From Macrostomum lignano (taxonomy: Eukaryota): a stretch of DNA of 64,000 nucleotides. The notes under the pieces were generated by a model, which saw only the letters and a program-made list of their open reading frames with translations, was not told the origin of the DNA and did no database searches. The stretch is from the NCBI GenBank assembly GCA_002269645.1, contig NIVC01000070.1, positions 868,001-932,000 on the forward strand, written 5' to 3'. The translations under genes and the position numbers were made by a program. Of this stretch, positions 1 through 12,690 are shown one piece after another (positions within the stretch are counted from its first letter, which is position 1; the number at the start of each line of letters is the position of its first letter).

Positions 1-1887
1 TACCAGTCGGACGATCGGCTCGAGTACACGCTTGACCATCTGGCGCAGCCGCTGTACGTGATGAGATCCTTGTACCTGTAGCTGTCAGACTGAGGGCTGG
101 GACACCCGTTGATCGGCACTGAATGAGGATGATTTGTTTTTTGGTATTGTAACAGTCGACAAAGGGAAGATGCATGTGGCTTACTTGCTAAATTTGGCTA
201 TCTGTCTTAAGTCTTTTGGTTTTACATTCGACCATGTAAATAGTAAAAAATAATGATGTTTCAAGTAAAACTCGTAAGCTCGTTGCCTCTGTAAGGACTT
301 GATTCGAACTCACCGCACACAGGTACAACGCACGGCTCCCAATCGGTTGTGCTCACTAGGCACCAGAGACCAACCGGGCTACTGTTGGGATTTCTGCAGT
401 AATTGTTCGCGGCACTGATAGTCTCGCCAGACACTGGCCATGTAGCAGCTGTGTAAACACCGGGAGCTGAGTCCCACCGGATGCAGGTCTTGCCTGTGAC
501 GGAAGTTGACTGGTTGCCACGATAACTGGAACCAAGTCGGTCTGTCCGGCAGCCTCCGGGGTTCACCTGCGAGCAGAACGGTATGCTGCAGTTGGAAGGC
601 GTCGGAGTTCCTCCGACGTCCGTCAGGCACCAGGGCACGAAATTTATTGATGATGGATTGTTTCTGCAATGCGAAATAGATTTTGGACGCGCGTGCAGAT
701 AAATTTACATGGGTTTTCCATTGATTACAAATATCGTGCTGATTAAACTCACAGAAGGCCTCTAGTTTTTGCTGAAAAATGCATTGGCACTATATAACTA
801 GCACTCTCTCCTTCTCAACTCGAGCCAACTTGTGAGTTAAAATGACATAAAATTACCAAGCTATTTCCTGCAGAAACATGTGACTGAAGACGGCAAGCAA
901 GAAAAGTTTTCACAAAATGGGGTTTCCATGTCACCAAAGTAATGTTGATGCACATTTGCTTACACATCGACCGCGATGTTGCGACAGACACTCCCGGGAA
1001 TTGTGGCATCCGCAGTGAACAAAGGAGCGTAGATGGCAGAATAGATGCTCGACCACGACAGGCACGGGCTGCCTGATGTACTCTGAGAAATGGCTCCGTT
1101 GTATTCGGTTCCAGTGACGGTCTCCCGGCAGGTTTTGGCTGGAAGAAATGTAGTGTACTTTGATTAATTGGCATGTGATTAAGTCTCTTCTTAAGCTTCA
1201 GTTTTGTCTTCAGCTGTGCAAACTTACAGCACACGGGGATGCCATCGCAGAAGTCGTAGTTTGCGGCAACTCCACACGATCCGGTGACAATGTAGCACCA
1301 GGGTCTGTCGGTGTCGGCGCCAGGGTTTCTGCATTTATTGCCAGCAGCGGCTTTGCTGCCGTCCGGGAAAGTGGAGTCCGCATACCGGGTGTTGATGGCA
1401 TCAGTCCATGGTCTGCAGGTGCATCCGCTTGTAGTGGTGCTGATGTTGCCCTTGTAGAAGAAGCCAGCTCTGTTGGCTCTGCAGTCTGACGGAATGGTCA
1501 AAGTCCTCGATAATAGTTTACACTCGTCCCGAAATACTTTAGAGAGATAGGAATGCTATTCAATGTCTTTAGATTAGTACTAAATGTACTATATTAGTAT
1601 AATTTCAATCGAAGCTACATGTATTCCAAGCATGGGATGGCGAGCGATTATTTTCAAAAATCTACATGTGCACATTTTCTCGCTACGAGGTGTAAGACTT
1701 TGAGAGAGCATCTAGTAACGAAAACTGACTTTTGAGTTAGTCCAATTCGATTCAATTTTTGTTAAAATCCGGTATTAATCTATCAAAAATCTGTTTGCTT
1801 ACCCTGTGCTGTTGCTGACTGAATTGACACTGCTAGCAATAGCAGGAAACTCGCTACACCAGTCAAAATCGACATCAAATAGTTCAT
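1..1887 (-). CDS. Secreted multi-kringle-domain protein, 5' part (continues beyond position 1)
   Basis: Exons on minus: 1887-1803 (MNYLMSILTGVASFLLLLAVSIQSATAQ, signal peptide), 1536-1228, 1138-964, 663-314, 118-<1. All GT-AG with compatible phases (1,1,2,1). Three complete kringles with the six-Cys pattern and RNP/WC motifs (KCRNPGADTDRPWC, VCRNIAVD..FVPWC, YCRNPNSSPVGLWC), then the start of a fourth Cys module. Confidence 0.88.
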
Positions 1888-2989
1888 AGGAATTTTTGAT
1901 CAAGTCTAAGCAGGAAAGAACGAGTCTGAGTTCGACTTGCATTTGCGTCGAGCAATTTAGCTACTGGGTGTTGCCCTGCACGGGCTGTGTGGGAAAATTT
2001 CTGCTTTTACAAGAGCAACTTAGCGATGCAGTTCAGTTTGACAGCTCACTATAGTACACTTACACACGCAATGACGTCAAACGTTTGTTTCGGAGAAACT
2101 TGCAATTCTCGCCCTGTTTATTGTCGAATGCAAGCATATGCTCTGCACCATCCAGTTTTATGATGCGTTGTTACGCAAATTACGACATTTTTTTATTGCA
2201 GGACACTTCTGCGACAATAAAGTCGACTAAGCATACTAACTGCATTCTGTAAGTAGCCTTTAAAAGTGCAAAAATGCAAAATATTCTAGTAGTGTATAAG
2301 CGGGTCATGCTCTGATAGTTTGAGAAAACGTGGAGACTTAGAGTAGCACGAACTGCCCTGGAACTAAGAAAGGACTAACAAACTCCTAGTCCTTTTATCG
2401 TTGCCAGTAGCTCACTGCGTTTTAAGATGCTTTGTGGCACCAAAAGTGTTCAAATTGAGTCTGCGAGTTTGCAACAAAGCTTTTTGATTTGCTTGCTGAG
2501 ATGCCTTCCATTGCTTATGGGCGAGTACCTAAATGTGCATACAGTTCTCTTGTACTCGTCATTTAGTTTTTCTTGGAAACAAAGCTGGCTCGACACAAGA
2601 CATGAGCTATAGCTGCATGTATACATTTGAACAAACTTTTTTATGAACGATGAGCAATAAGTAGAACTAAAACAATAGGATTAGAAATTCAGAATACGTT
2701 GAGTCGAATAATTGATTTTCTATAGGCCACTATCACGTTATTCAATCAAGCATTGCACTCCTTTGGTCTAATGAATCAGATGATTTATATTTAATTTATA
2801 CGAACACCGCGAGCAATTAACGACTTGGCTGAATTCGACTTCGACTGATCTAAAAAGCTTGCAACCTGAGGTTCTGTATTAAGTTTAATTTTAAATTCTG
2901 AGGAGGTGAGTAGATTACAGCTCTGAACAAAAAGGATGCCATTTTAAGGTGTTGTTGTTGGATACAGTAAGTGGAATGCATTGGACCTT

Positions 2990-3365
2990 GTGAAGGAAGA
3001 AAGGATCGAGATGAAGGAGCCAAAGATACAAGAACAAGAAAGTTGATAAGCGGAGAGGAGAGGAGAAGAGGGAGATGAGATAAGGGAGAGAAGAGAAGGG
3101 AGAAGGAAGAGAAAATAAGAGAGAGGAGAGAAAAGAGCGAAGAGAGAAGATAGAAGAGAAGGGAGAGAATGGGGAAGAGAGAATGGAGAGAAGGGAGAGG
3201 AGAAGGAAGAGAAGAGAAGGGCCAGAGAGAAGAGAAGGGGGAGGACGAGAAAAGAAGGGAGATGAGAAAGAGGAGAGAAGGGTCGAGGAGAAGGGAGAGG
3301 AGAAGGAATTGAGAGAAAAGGAAGAGGAGAGAAGAGAGAGAAGCTGGAGAAGAGAAAAGGGAGAA
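2990..3365. repeat. Purine-rich (GA/GGA) low-complexity tract
   Basis: Almost only G and A on the + strand; source of several spurious S/L/F-rich and E/R-rich ORFs. Confidence 0.9.
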
Positions 3366-3799
3366 AGCGGCACCGGACACACAACTTGGCGCACCTCTTT
3401 AAACGACATTCTAATTTATAGAGTGAACTGCTTTGGTTACAAAGGTCGGGCGCCAGCGGGTTTCAACTTGGTTGGATAAAGGCGTAGATCACTATATGCC
3501 TAACAGGATTCAAGAGTTAATGTACAACCGTCAGATCTTGGAAGGAGAGGTAGGTGATCATTCGGGAGAGCGCTAATAGCTCGTACATGTACACCTCACG
3601 GCGACAATTAAGGCAAAACAATTGACAAGAAACACTCCTCTTGACCAAACGTCGAAGAAGGGGGAAGTGAGTTGAAAAACGGGGATGACGACCGCGCGGG
3701 TGCACCGACAGAAATTTTGAAAGCGCGCTGAAGGTAAACAATATTGTTGACGAAGCTGCAGCATCCCGTCTGCAGTTTGTGTCATCAAATTCATTGTTG

Positions 3800-5850
3800 A
3801 ACTGTCTAGTGCCAACCAAAAACAGGAGAATAAAAAAATTTCCTCCTGAAGTTCGGCGATTTGCTTCAACGTTGCACTACTACAGTCCTAAGGCATACGA
3901 ATACGTGAGAAAGTTTTTCCAGCTTCCGCATCCATCGTTTTACGGAAATGGATCTCAAGTGTGCGATGCCTTCCAGGATTCTGCGTCCAAGTATTTCAAG
4001 AGCCATCACGTCGCCGCAGCTCAGCCAATGGCCAAGCCTTTGACTACTGCAACATTGTAGCAGACGAGATGTCTCTGGAGTCCATGGTCGAATGGAGCGA
4101 TTGCGAGGGCAGGTTCCTTGGCTTTGTCGACAAGGGAGATGGCAACGTAAGCGAACAGGAAGCATCAGCTGCACTTGTGTTGATGGCTGTAGGGCTGAAG
4201 AACTACTGGAAACTGCCTTTAGGCTACTTCTTAGTCAACGGCGTTGATGGGGAATTCTTAGCTACTGCTGTTGAGGAGTGCATCCAGCGGCTGTACCAGG
4301 TTGGTGTCATCGCAACATCCTTTACGTGTGACGGAACGCAGCATAATATTAAGGCTATTGAAACTCTCGGTGCCAAGATAAGTTCGTGGGACAATGTTAA
4401 TGCTTCATTTCCGCATCCATGTGATCCAAACATCAGAGTGTCAACCTTTCTTGACGTTCCGCACATGCTGAAACTAATCCGAAATCAATGGCAGTCCTTG
4501 GGTACGATTGTCTGGCCGAACCGTGGCAATTAAAGTAGAATGGAAATTTGTGGCTCAGTTGCAAAAAGTACAAGAAACCCATGGTCTACGACTCGGAAAT
4601 AAGTTAAGCAACCATTCACATTAACTTCCAGAATCTAAAGATGAAAGTGTATCTCGCAGCTCAGTTGTTCAGCAAGTCTGTCGCCGATTCGCTGCGGTGG
4701 GTCCAATCAGCAGAAGCTTGAAGGATTTGATTGCCCGGCTGTTCTGGTGACTGCCGATTTTATCGAACACATTAATGATTTATTTGACGTATTCAACTCA
4801 AAGCGACTGGTCAGTTATGGGGCAAGAGGAGCCTTGAGAATCGATAATCGGTCCGACTGGCTTGACTTTTTCGATGAAACGATCAATATTCCTAAAAAAC
4901 GTTGAGACGCCGACGGGTCGCAAAATTGTACAACCATTAAAAAGACCGGGTTTTTAGGCTTCATTACGAATTGCCGCGCAATGGTGTCTCTCACCGATTA
5001 CTTATTTTCGACTGGAGACTTCACCTTTTTCTGCACCTATAAAATCTCTCAAGATTTTCTCGAGCTCTTATTCAATGCTGTGCGGCTGGAATCATAATCC
5101 AACACCCCTGAGGCAGTTTCGATCAGCTTTCAGGCAGCTGTTAGCTCACGCAGGATCCGGAATCGTCCAGTCAGCAAGCGCCAACGTCAGCCAGCAAGAT
5201 GCCACCACGCAGCTCTCAATCTCCTGCTTGCCTTCTACGACTGCAGCAGAGAAGAAAATGCCATGGAAAAAACTAGAAATTCGGAACTCAATCGGTGCGA
5301 GCCTTAACTTAGTACATACAGCATTGCCGAACCGCCTCAACCTGTAGAATTTGTCTCTCTGTCATCTACTGCATCGCTGGAGCAGTCGTTCGAAGTATGT
5401 TGAAGATCATTGACTGCGTGCCGTGTAGATCCGCCCTGCTATCAAGCGAAGGAAAAGTGATACCGCACATTTTTTGCTCCCTCATCTCAATGAAGAACGT
5501 TCAGAAGAGAGAAGGACTTGGTGGACTTATTTTCCCGAGTCTAGATGTGCTTCGCCTTCTGCTGAATGCCGAAACGATTATTCGCCGCTCCAGCTTTGAT
5601 AGCTGTTTTTCAAGCTCCATCGCTGTTCAAGAAACTGATAATGTCCAGCGCGCTGTTCTCTGAATTAGATTCGCATTCAGCAGCTGTTAGCACAGGTATT
5701 GAGTCACACAAGCTGCATTTGATGAAAGTTATGAGCATGTTTTACATCAGAATTCGCATGAAGAAAATTGCGAAAGACATGTCGCACTTATTGAGAAAGG
5801 CAGGAAGGAGACAAAAGCTGCTGCGCACAGCAATTTTTCTTAATCTGTGA
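3800..5850 (+). mobile_element. Degenerate P-element-superfamily (THAP9-like) transposase, frameshifted
   Basis: Collinear motifs across several frames: LHYYSPKAYEYVRKFFQLPHPS, DEMSL, ALVLMAVGLKNYWKLPLGYF, TCDGTQHN, FLDVPHMLKLIRN, KMKVYLAAQLFS, DVFNS, TYKISQDFLELLF, CVPC, GGLIFPS. Frameshifts or stops near 3940, 4530, 4620, 5080. No intact THAP domain or paired TIRs found. Confidence 0.85.
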
Positions 5851-8800
5851 GCGCTTGGACTTTGAAGGACATTTCGGGGTAAGCAGCTTAATTCAACTAA
5901 TTTTTTATGTATTTGATTTTCGCGGCGTTTTATGTGAAAGAAAAGAAAAAAATTATCTCAAATGCATGTGTCCAATAGGAGCACAATGGAAAAGAGGCCC
6001 GCCCTGTACCACATATCGATCGAGCTGGGGTGGGTGAGAGGGACCATGTTTCTTATGGGGGGAAATGCCCGCTTTTTTCTTCACTTTACTGGTCTAGATA
6101 TTCTATATGGTCTGTGGTTAGGCCCCCCTATTCGAAGTCTTCGCCTGGACCCCCATCAAGTTGCCGTTATCCCACCAATGGCTTTAAGCTCCTCTCTCAT
6201 CTATGACTTATGAGTTGTCCAATAGACATTCTAATTCAAATTTAATTTAGTTTGTCATACCAAATTTTTTATCAGTTGTTATAGTCGACTGAATTCTAGT
6301 ACGATCAGAACTAGACAGCGGAGGCTCTTCATATTGCTTGTTCTGGTTCTAGAACCAGAACCAATTTGTAAAGTATAACTTTTTGTCTCCTAAACTAGAG
6401 GGATATCAGTGCTTTAAAATTGTGATTATTGAATGGCAATAGCCAAGAAGAAATTGAGAAATCGTGCAAAGTGAGGCTGTTAAGGCAGTCAAACATTCAA
6501 CAAAGTTAAATAGTTATACTGCTTTTTTTCTTGGAAATCCGAACCGATTCTGGTTCGAGAATCGATGCCGTGAAGAGGCTCAGGTTTTTCCTCTTCCCAA
6601 TCCGCTTCGCCCTATTCTAACCCACACTAGATGCACACGACCCGACTATTAGTTAAATGGTAAGCAGACAAATTGGTTTGCATTTTCGTCTGCCGCACTA
6701 TATTCACTTCTTGAGGGCAGACGAACTGGAGGCAGACAAATTGACTTGGGTAGGGCCTAGCCGTAAGGGGGCCTAACTCAACCTGACAAATTAGGCCTAG
6801 TTAGCTAGAAATTAGGGCCTAATCAACACAACATGAGATAATTTTTTAAGAGAAAGCTTACGCTTAGGCCTACTGCAGTTACTGCAGTTAGTTTGTTACT
6901 GCAGTAGGCCCTAGCCTACTGCTAATCAGTTGTATAGACAATACTATAGATAGGCCTAAAGAAATTTATAATTTCCTCATAATTTATGCAACCAATGGTC
7001 TGTTCGTATCTATCTATCTAGGTAGGTAGGTATGAAATTGATTTCAGAAAAAAACAGCTCAACCAATTTGATTCAAACTTGTACCATTCAATCAGAAATT
7101 TCTCTATGACAAAGAGAAAAGCAAAAATCAACATTAAATATGCCCCTATTAATGTTGATATTTAACATTATTTAATATTTTTTGTGGAGATTGTGGAGAG
7201 AAAAGCAAAAATCAATATTAATTTAGTTACTTAATGTTGATTTTTGCCTTTCTCTTTATTCTACCTGCCAAGCAAGCAACTTTACTTGTTCTCTATGACA
7301 GAGACAGTACATGCATTATGTTTAAGAAATTGCTCAAAGCTAAAGGTATTAATACATATTTGAAAAACATGCTTTTTTCAAAGGTTAAGCAGCTCTTTCA
7401 ACTTAAAATGCATTGTAAGAATCATAAGAATGCTAGAAAAAAAACTGACAAGTTGAATTCTGATTCTAAAATAGGGCCTAGATTATATCATACTAGGACA
7501 TAGGCCTAGCCTTTTTATTTATTATATCTGTACTAGCTGAATTTTGAGACTAAATTGAATTGCATCATAATATTAAAAACCTAGCATGGAAGCATACTGC
7601 ATAGCATAAGACTTGATTTATCTTGCGTAACTACATTGGGCTATCCTATAGAATCATTTGTTAAATTATTTTCTTAACATGAATAACTTGCATCTAATTC
7701 TTGAGTTTAGAACAATGTAAGAGAGTAACATTGAATGACAATGTAAACTAGATGCCAAGTTAGTTTGTTGTTAGTCATATTTGATCTTTATGTACTTTAC
7801 TCATTTAGAGAGAGTAAGCCTAATAGTAGATGGCCTAATACAAAAAGTACTAGGCAAATACTAGGCAAAATTAATGCAAACATGCATTTGAATTTGCACT
7901 GTGACATGTCCATAATTCCAAAAATGATGTCTGTTGGCACTTGGCATGCCACTAACAATAAAGTGACATGGCATGGCTTGAACTGCAGTTCAAGAAAATA
8001 TGTCTATAGCCAAAATCATTGCATCAACTCTGTGCATTTTAAGGGAGTGAAGTATTAGAGGAGTAAAGTATTATTACTATATGTCTATGTGACTAATAAC
8101 AAACTAGGCCCCTAACTTGTCATCTAGTTTATGTTTTTTCATTTTAATTTTACTTTCTTACATTGTTCTAAACTCCAAAGTTAAGATGCATTGCATGCAA
8201 ATTATTCACATTGAAAAATAATTTTTAACGAATGATTCTGCAAGATAGCCCCATATTGCTAACTTAAATAGGTTGATGCCAATGGTTGTTTTGTCTGCTA
8301 CCAATTCATCTGCTACTTTTTTTTCTGCAAAATATATAATATCTAGTCATTTCATTAGCCACAAATAGTAATTTTTTAATAAGTGTAGTTATGTCAATTG
8401 TTGTCATTTTTTGAGATAGTGATTATAAGATAAGTGATCAAGACATCAAGATATTTCTTAGTAATAATGACTTGAATAAGTAATTTCTGAATATTTTTAT
8501 TTATATTTAATAAACTTTGCAATGAAATGAATCAATGCATTTTCATCATAATATCATATGATACCATGCTGTCTATCTCCTAATTGTAATTAGTCTAGTT
8601 AGAATTATTTTACTTATTAGAATTTGTTTACTTAAATTATAAATCTTATTTCTACATAGATTTAAAGCTTATATAAGAATAATCAAATTTCTCAGAAAAA
8701 TTGTGAAAAACAAAATAAAAAATACAATGATTACATCTAATTCTAAATCTAAAAATTACTTACAAAGTCTATTTATTAAAAATAAACTATATATTTTTTC

Positions 8801-9084
8801 TAGCCATTTATAAAGCCTTTTTTGCTGCTTATTATTAAAAAGTTGTTTTGTCTACTAGCAGACTAAATGACTGCATACCCTTTAATAGAGACTCTAACTG
8901 ACTAGCCTCAGAGATTGATTATATCATCACTGACTTGGTTTGAATATTGAATTATAAATGCTACAAATTCATTTATAAATTCAAAGAAAGCTAACTTAGA
9001 TGTGAAAAGACTGAACTGCTAATGCAGCAACCTGGGTTTTCATCTTAGTAGTGTAATTTTTTTATTGAATGTTTTTTATCATGA

Positions 9085-9420
9085 ATTATTGCACTTAATA
9101 AGCCTAAAATTATTGCACTTGATAAGCCTAGGATTATTCTAACCAATGATTATTACACTTGATAAAACTAGGATTATTCTACTTGATAAACCAATGATTA
9201 TTACATTTGATAAACTTAGTATTATTCCACTTGAGGATTATTGCACTAGCTTAGAAAGGGACTATTGTATACCTGAGACATCAACTTTTGCACTTGATAT
9301 ACCAAAGATTATTGCACTTGATAACCTAAAGGTTATTGCACTATATGAGCATTGATTTTTGCACTTGATAAACCAAAGATTATTGCACTTGATAACCTAA
9401 GGATTATTGCACTATAGCTG
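9085..9420. repeat. Degenerate tandem repeat with ATTATTGCACTTGATAA core
   Basis: Core recurs about ten times with variable spacing (roughly 22-28 bp). Confidence 0.7.
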
Positions 9421-9559
9421 AAAAGATTATTATTGTGCTGGCAGAATAAAGATTATTGTGCTGGTTAAAAAAAAGATTGTTGTGCTAGCTAAGACATGGA
9501 TTATTGCACAACCTGAGAAAGCAATCAGTGTATTAGCAGAGGGAATATTTGTACTAGCT

Positions 9560-12500
9560 ACTTGCTGTCTATTGGATGCTTGCTATCTGGGGGATTCTGG
9601 CTATTGTATCTGGGGGATGCTTGCTATTTTATCTAAGGGTGCTTACTATTGTATTTGGAGGGTGTTTACTATCTGGGGGATACTTGCTCTCAAAGGGAAA
9701 GGGTACTTGCTATTTGGATAAGGGGGGTACTAGCTACATAAATCTACTTATACATGTATGGGATTCTTTCTATCCAGGTATGCTTGGTATTTAGGAATGT
9801 TTGATATCTGCAAGATGCTTGCTATCTGCAGGATGCTTGCTATCTAGAGGATGCTTGTTATCCGCAGGATGCTTGTTATTTGCAGGATGCTTGTTATTTG
9901 CAGGATGCTTGTTATCTGCAGGTTGCTTGTTATCTGCAGGATGCTTGTTATCTGCAGGTTGCTTGTTATCTGCAGGATGCTTGTTATCTGCAGGTTGCTT
10001 GTTATCTGCAGGTTGCTTGTTATCTGCAGGATGCTTGTTATCTGCAGGTTGCTTGTTATCTGCAGGTTGCTTGTTATTTGCAAGATGCTTGTTATCTTCA
10101 GGATGCTTGTTATCTGCAGGATGCTTGTTATCTGCAGGATGCTTGCTATCTACAAGATGCTTGCTATCTGGGGAGATGCTTGCTATCTGGGTGGATGCTT
10201 GCCATCTGGGTGGATGCTTGCCATCTGGGTGAATGCTTGCTATCTGGGTGGATGCTCGTTTTCTGTGGAGATGCTTGCTATCTGGGTGGATGCTTGTTAT
10301 CTGGGGAGATTCTTGCTATCTGCAGGTTGCTTGTTATTTGCAGGATGCTTGTTATCTGCAGGTTGCTTGTTATCTGCAGGTTGCTTGTTATCTGCAGGAT
10401 GCTTGTTATCTGCAGGTTGCTTGCTATCTGCAGGATGCTTGTTATCTGCAGGATGCTTGCTATCTGCAGGATGCTTGTTATCTGCAGGATGCTTGCTATT
10501 GCTATCCGCAGGATGCTTGTTATCTGCAGGATGCTTGTTATCTGCAGGATGCTTGCTATCTGGGGAGATGCTTGCTATCTGCAGGATGCTTGTTATCTGC
10601 AGGATGCTTGCTATCTGCAGGATGCTTGCTATTTGCAAGATGCTTGTTATCTGCAGGATGCTTGTTATCTGCAGGTTGCTTGCTATCTGCAGGATGCTTG
10701 TTATCTGCAGGATGCTTGCTATTGCTATCCGCAGGATGCTTGTTATCTGCAGGATGCTTGTTATCTGCAGGATGCTTGTTATCTGCAGGTTGCTTGTTAT
10801 CTGCAGGTTGCTTGTTATCTGCAGGTTGCTTGTTATCTGCAGGTTGCTTGTTATCTGCAGGTTGCTTGTTATCTGCAAGATGCTTGTTATTTGCAAGATG
10901 CTTGTTATCTTCAGGATGCTTGTTATCTGCAAGATGCTTGTTATTTGCAAGATGCTTGTTATCTTCAGGATGCTTGTTATCTGCAGGATGCTTGCTATCT
11001 ACAAGATGCTTGCTATCTGGGGAGATGCTTGCTATCTGGGTGGATGCTTGCCATCTGGGTGGATGCTTGCCATCTGGGTGGATGCTTGCTATCTGGGTGG
11101 ATGCTCGTTTTCTGTGGAGATGCTTGCTATCTGGGTGGATGCTTGTTATCTGGGGAGATTCTTGCTATCTGCAGGTTGCTTGTTATTTGCAGGATGCTTG
11201 TTATCTGCAGATTGCTTGTTATCTGCAGGTTGCTTGTTATCTGCAGGATGCTTGTTATCTGCAGGTTGCTTGCTATCTGCAGGATGCTTGTTATCTGCAG
11301 GATGCTTGCTATCTGCAGGATGCTTGTTATCTGCAGGATGCTTGCTATTGCTATCCGCAGGATGCTTGTTATCTGCAGGATGCTTGTTATCTGCAGGATG
11401 CTTGCTATCTGGGGAGATGCTTGCTATCTGCAGGATGCTTGTTATCTGCAGGATGCTTGCTATCTGCAGGATGCTTGTTATCTGCAGGATGCTTGCTATT
11501 GCTATCCGCAGGATGCTTGTTATCTGCAGGATGCTTGTTATCTGCAGGTTGCTTGCTATCTGCAGGTTGCTTGTTATCTGCAGGTTGCTTGTTATTTGCA
11601 GGATGCTTGTTATCTGCAGGTTGCTTGTTATCTGCAGGTTGCTTGTTATCTGCAGGATGCTTGTTATCTGCAGGTTGCTTGCTATCTGCAGGATGCTTGT
11701 TATCTGCAGGATGCTTGCTATCTACAAGATGCTTGCTATCTGGGGAGATGCTTGCTATCTGGGTGGATGCTTGCCATCTGGGTGGATGCTTGCCATCTGG
11801 GTGGATGCTTGCTATCTGGGTGGATGCTCGTTTTCTGGGGAGATGCTTGCTATCTGGGTGGATGCTTGTTATCTGGGAAGATTCTTGCTATCTGCAGGTT
11901 GCTTGTTATTTGCAGGTTGCTTGTTATTTGCAGGATGCTTGTTATCTGCAGGATGCTTGCTATTTGCAAGATGCTTGTTATCTGCAGGATGCTTGTTATC
12001 TGCAGGTTGCTTGTTATCTGCAAGATGCTTGTTATTTGCAAGATGCTTGTTATCTTCAGGATTCTTGTTATCTGCAGGATGCTTGTTATCTGCAGGATGC
12101 TTGTTATCTGCAGGATGCTTGCTATCTGCAGGATGCTTGTTATCTGCAGGATGCTTGCTATCTGCAGGTTGCTTGTTATCTGCAGGTTGCTTGTTATCTG
12201 CAGGATGCTTGTTATCTGCAGGTTGCTTGCTATCTGCAGGATGCTTGTTATCTGCAGGATGCTTGTTATCTGCAGGATGCTTGTTATCTACAGGATGCTT
12301 GCTATCTAGGGAGATGCTTGCTATCTGGTGGATGCTTGCTATCTAGGTGGATGCTTGCTATCTTGGGAGATGCTTGCTATCTTGGGAGATGCTTGCTATC
12401 TGGGTGGATACTTGTTATCTGGGGAGATGCTTGCTATCTGGGTGGATGCTTGTTATCTGGGGAGATGCTTGCTTTCTGGGGAGATTCTTGCTATCTGGGG

Positions 12501-12690
12501 AGATGCTTGTTATCTGGGGAGATGCTATCTGGGGAGATGCTTGCTATCAGGAGATGCTTGCTATCTGCAGTTGCTTACTCTTGGAGATGGGTGCTTGCTA
12601 TCTGGGGGATACTTGCTATCTGGAGGATATACTTGCTATGTGGGGAGTGCTTGCTGTCTGAGGGGATGCTTGCTGTCTTGGAGATGTTTT
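9560..12690. repeat. 18-bp minisatellite (GATGCTTGTTATCTGCAG)n, about 3 kb, with higher-order structure
   Basis: Homogeneous centre and degenerate edges; marker variants recur at 10150, 10999 and 11722. Confidence 0.97.

Noticed and set aside
2936-2970. MPF*GVVVGYSK as a decayed THAP-domain start for the P element
   Set aside because: Both expected Cys are absent and a stop intervenes; too short to support.
6198-6205. CATCTATG as the right TIR of the P element
   Set aside because: No matching CATAGATG left end found upstream.
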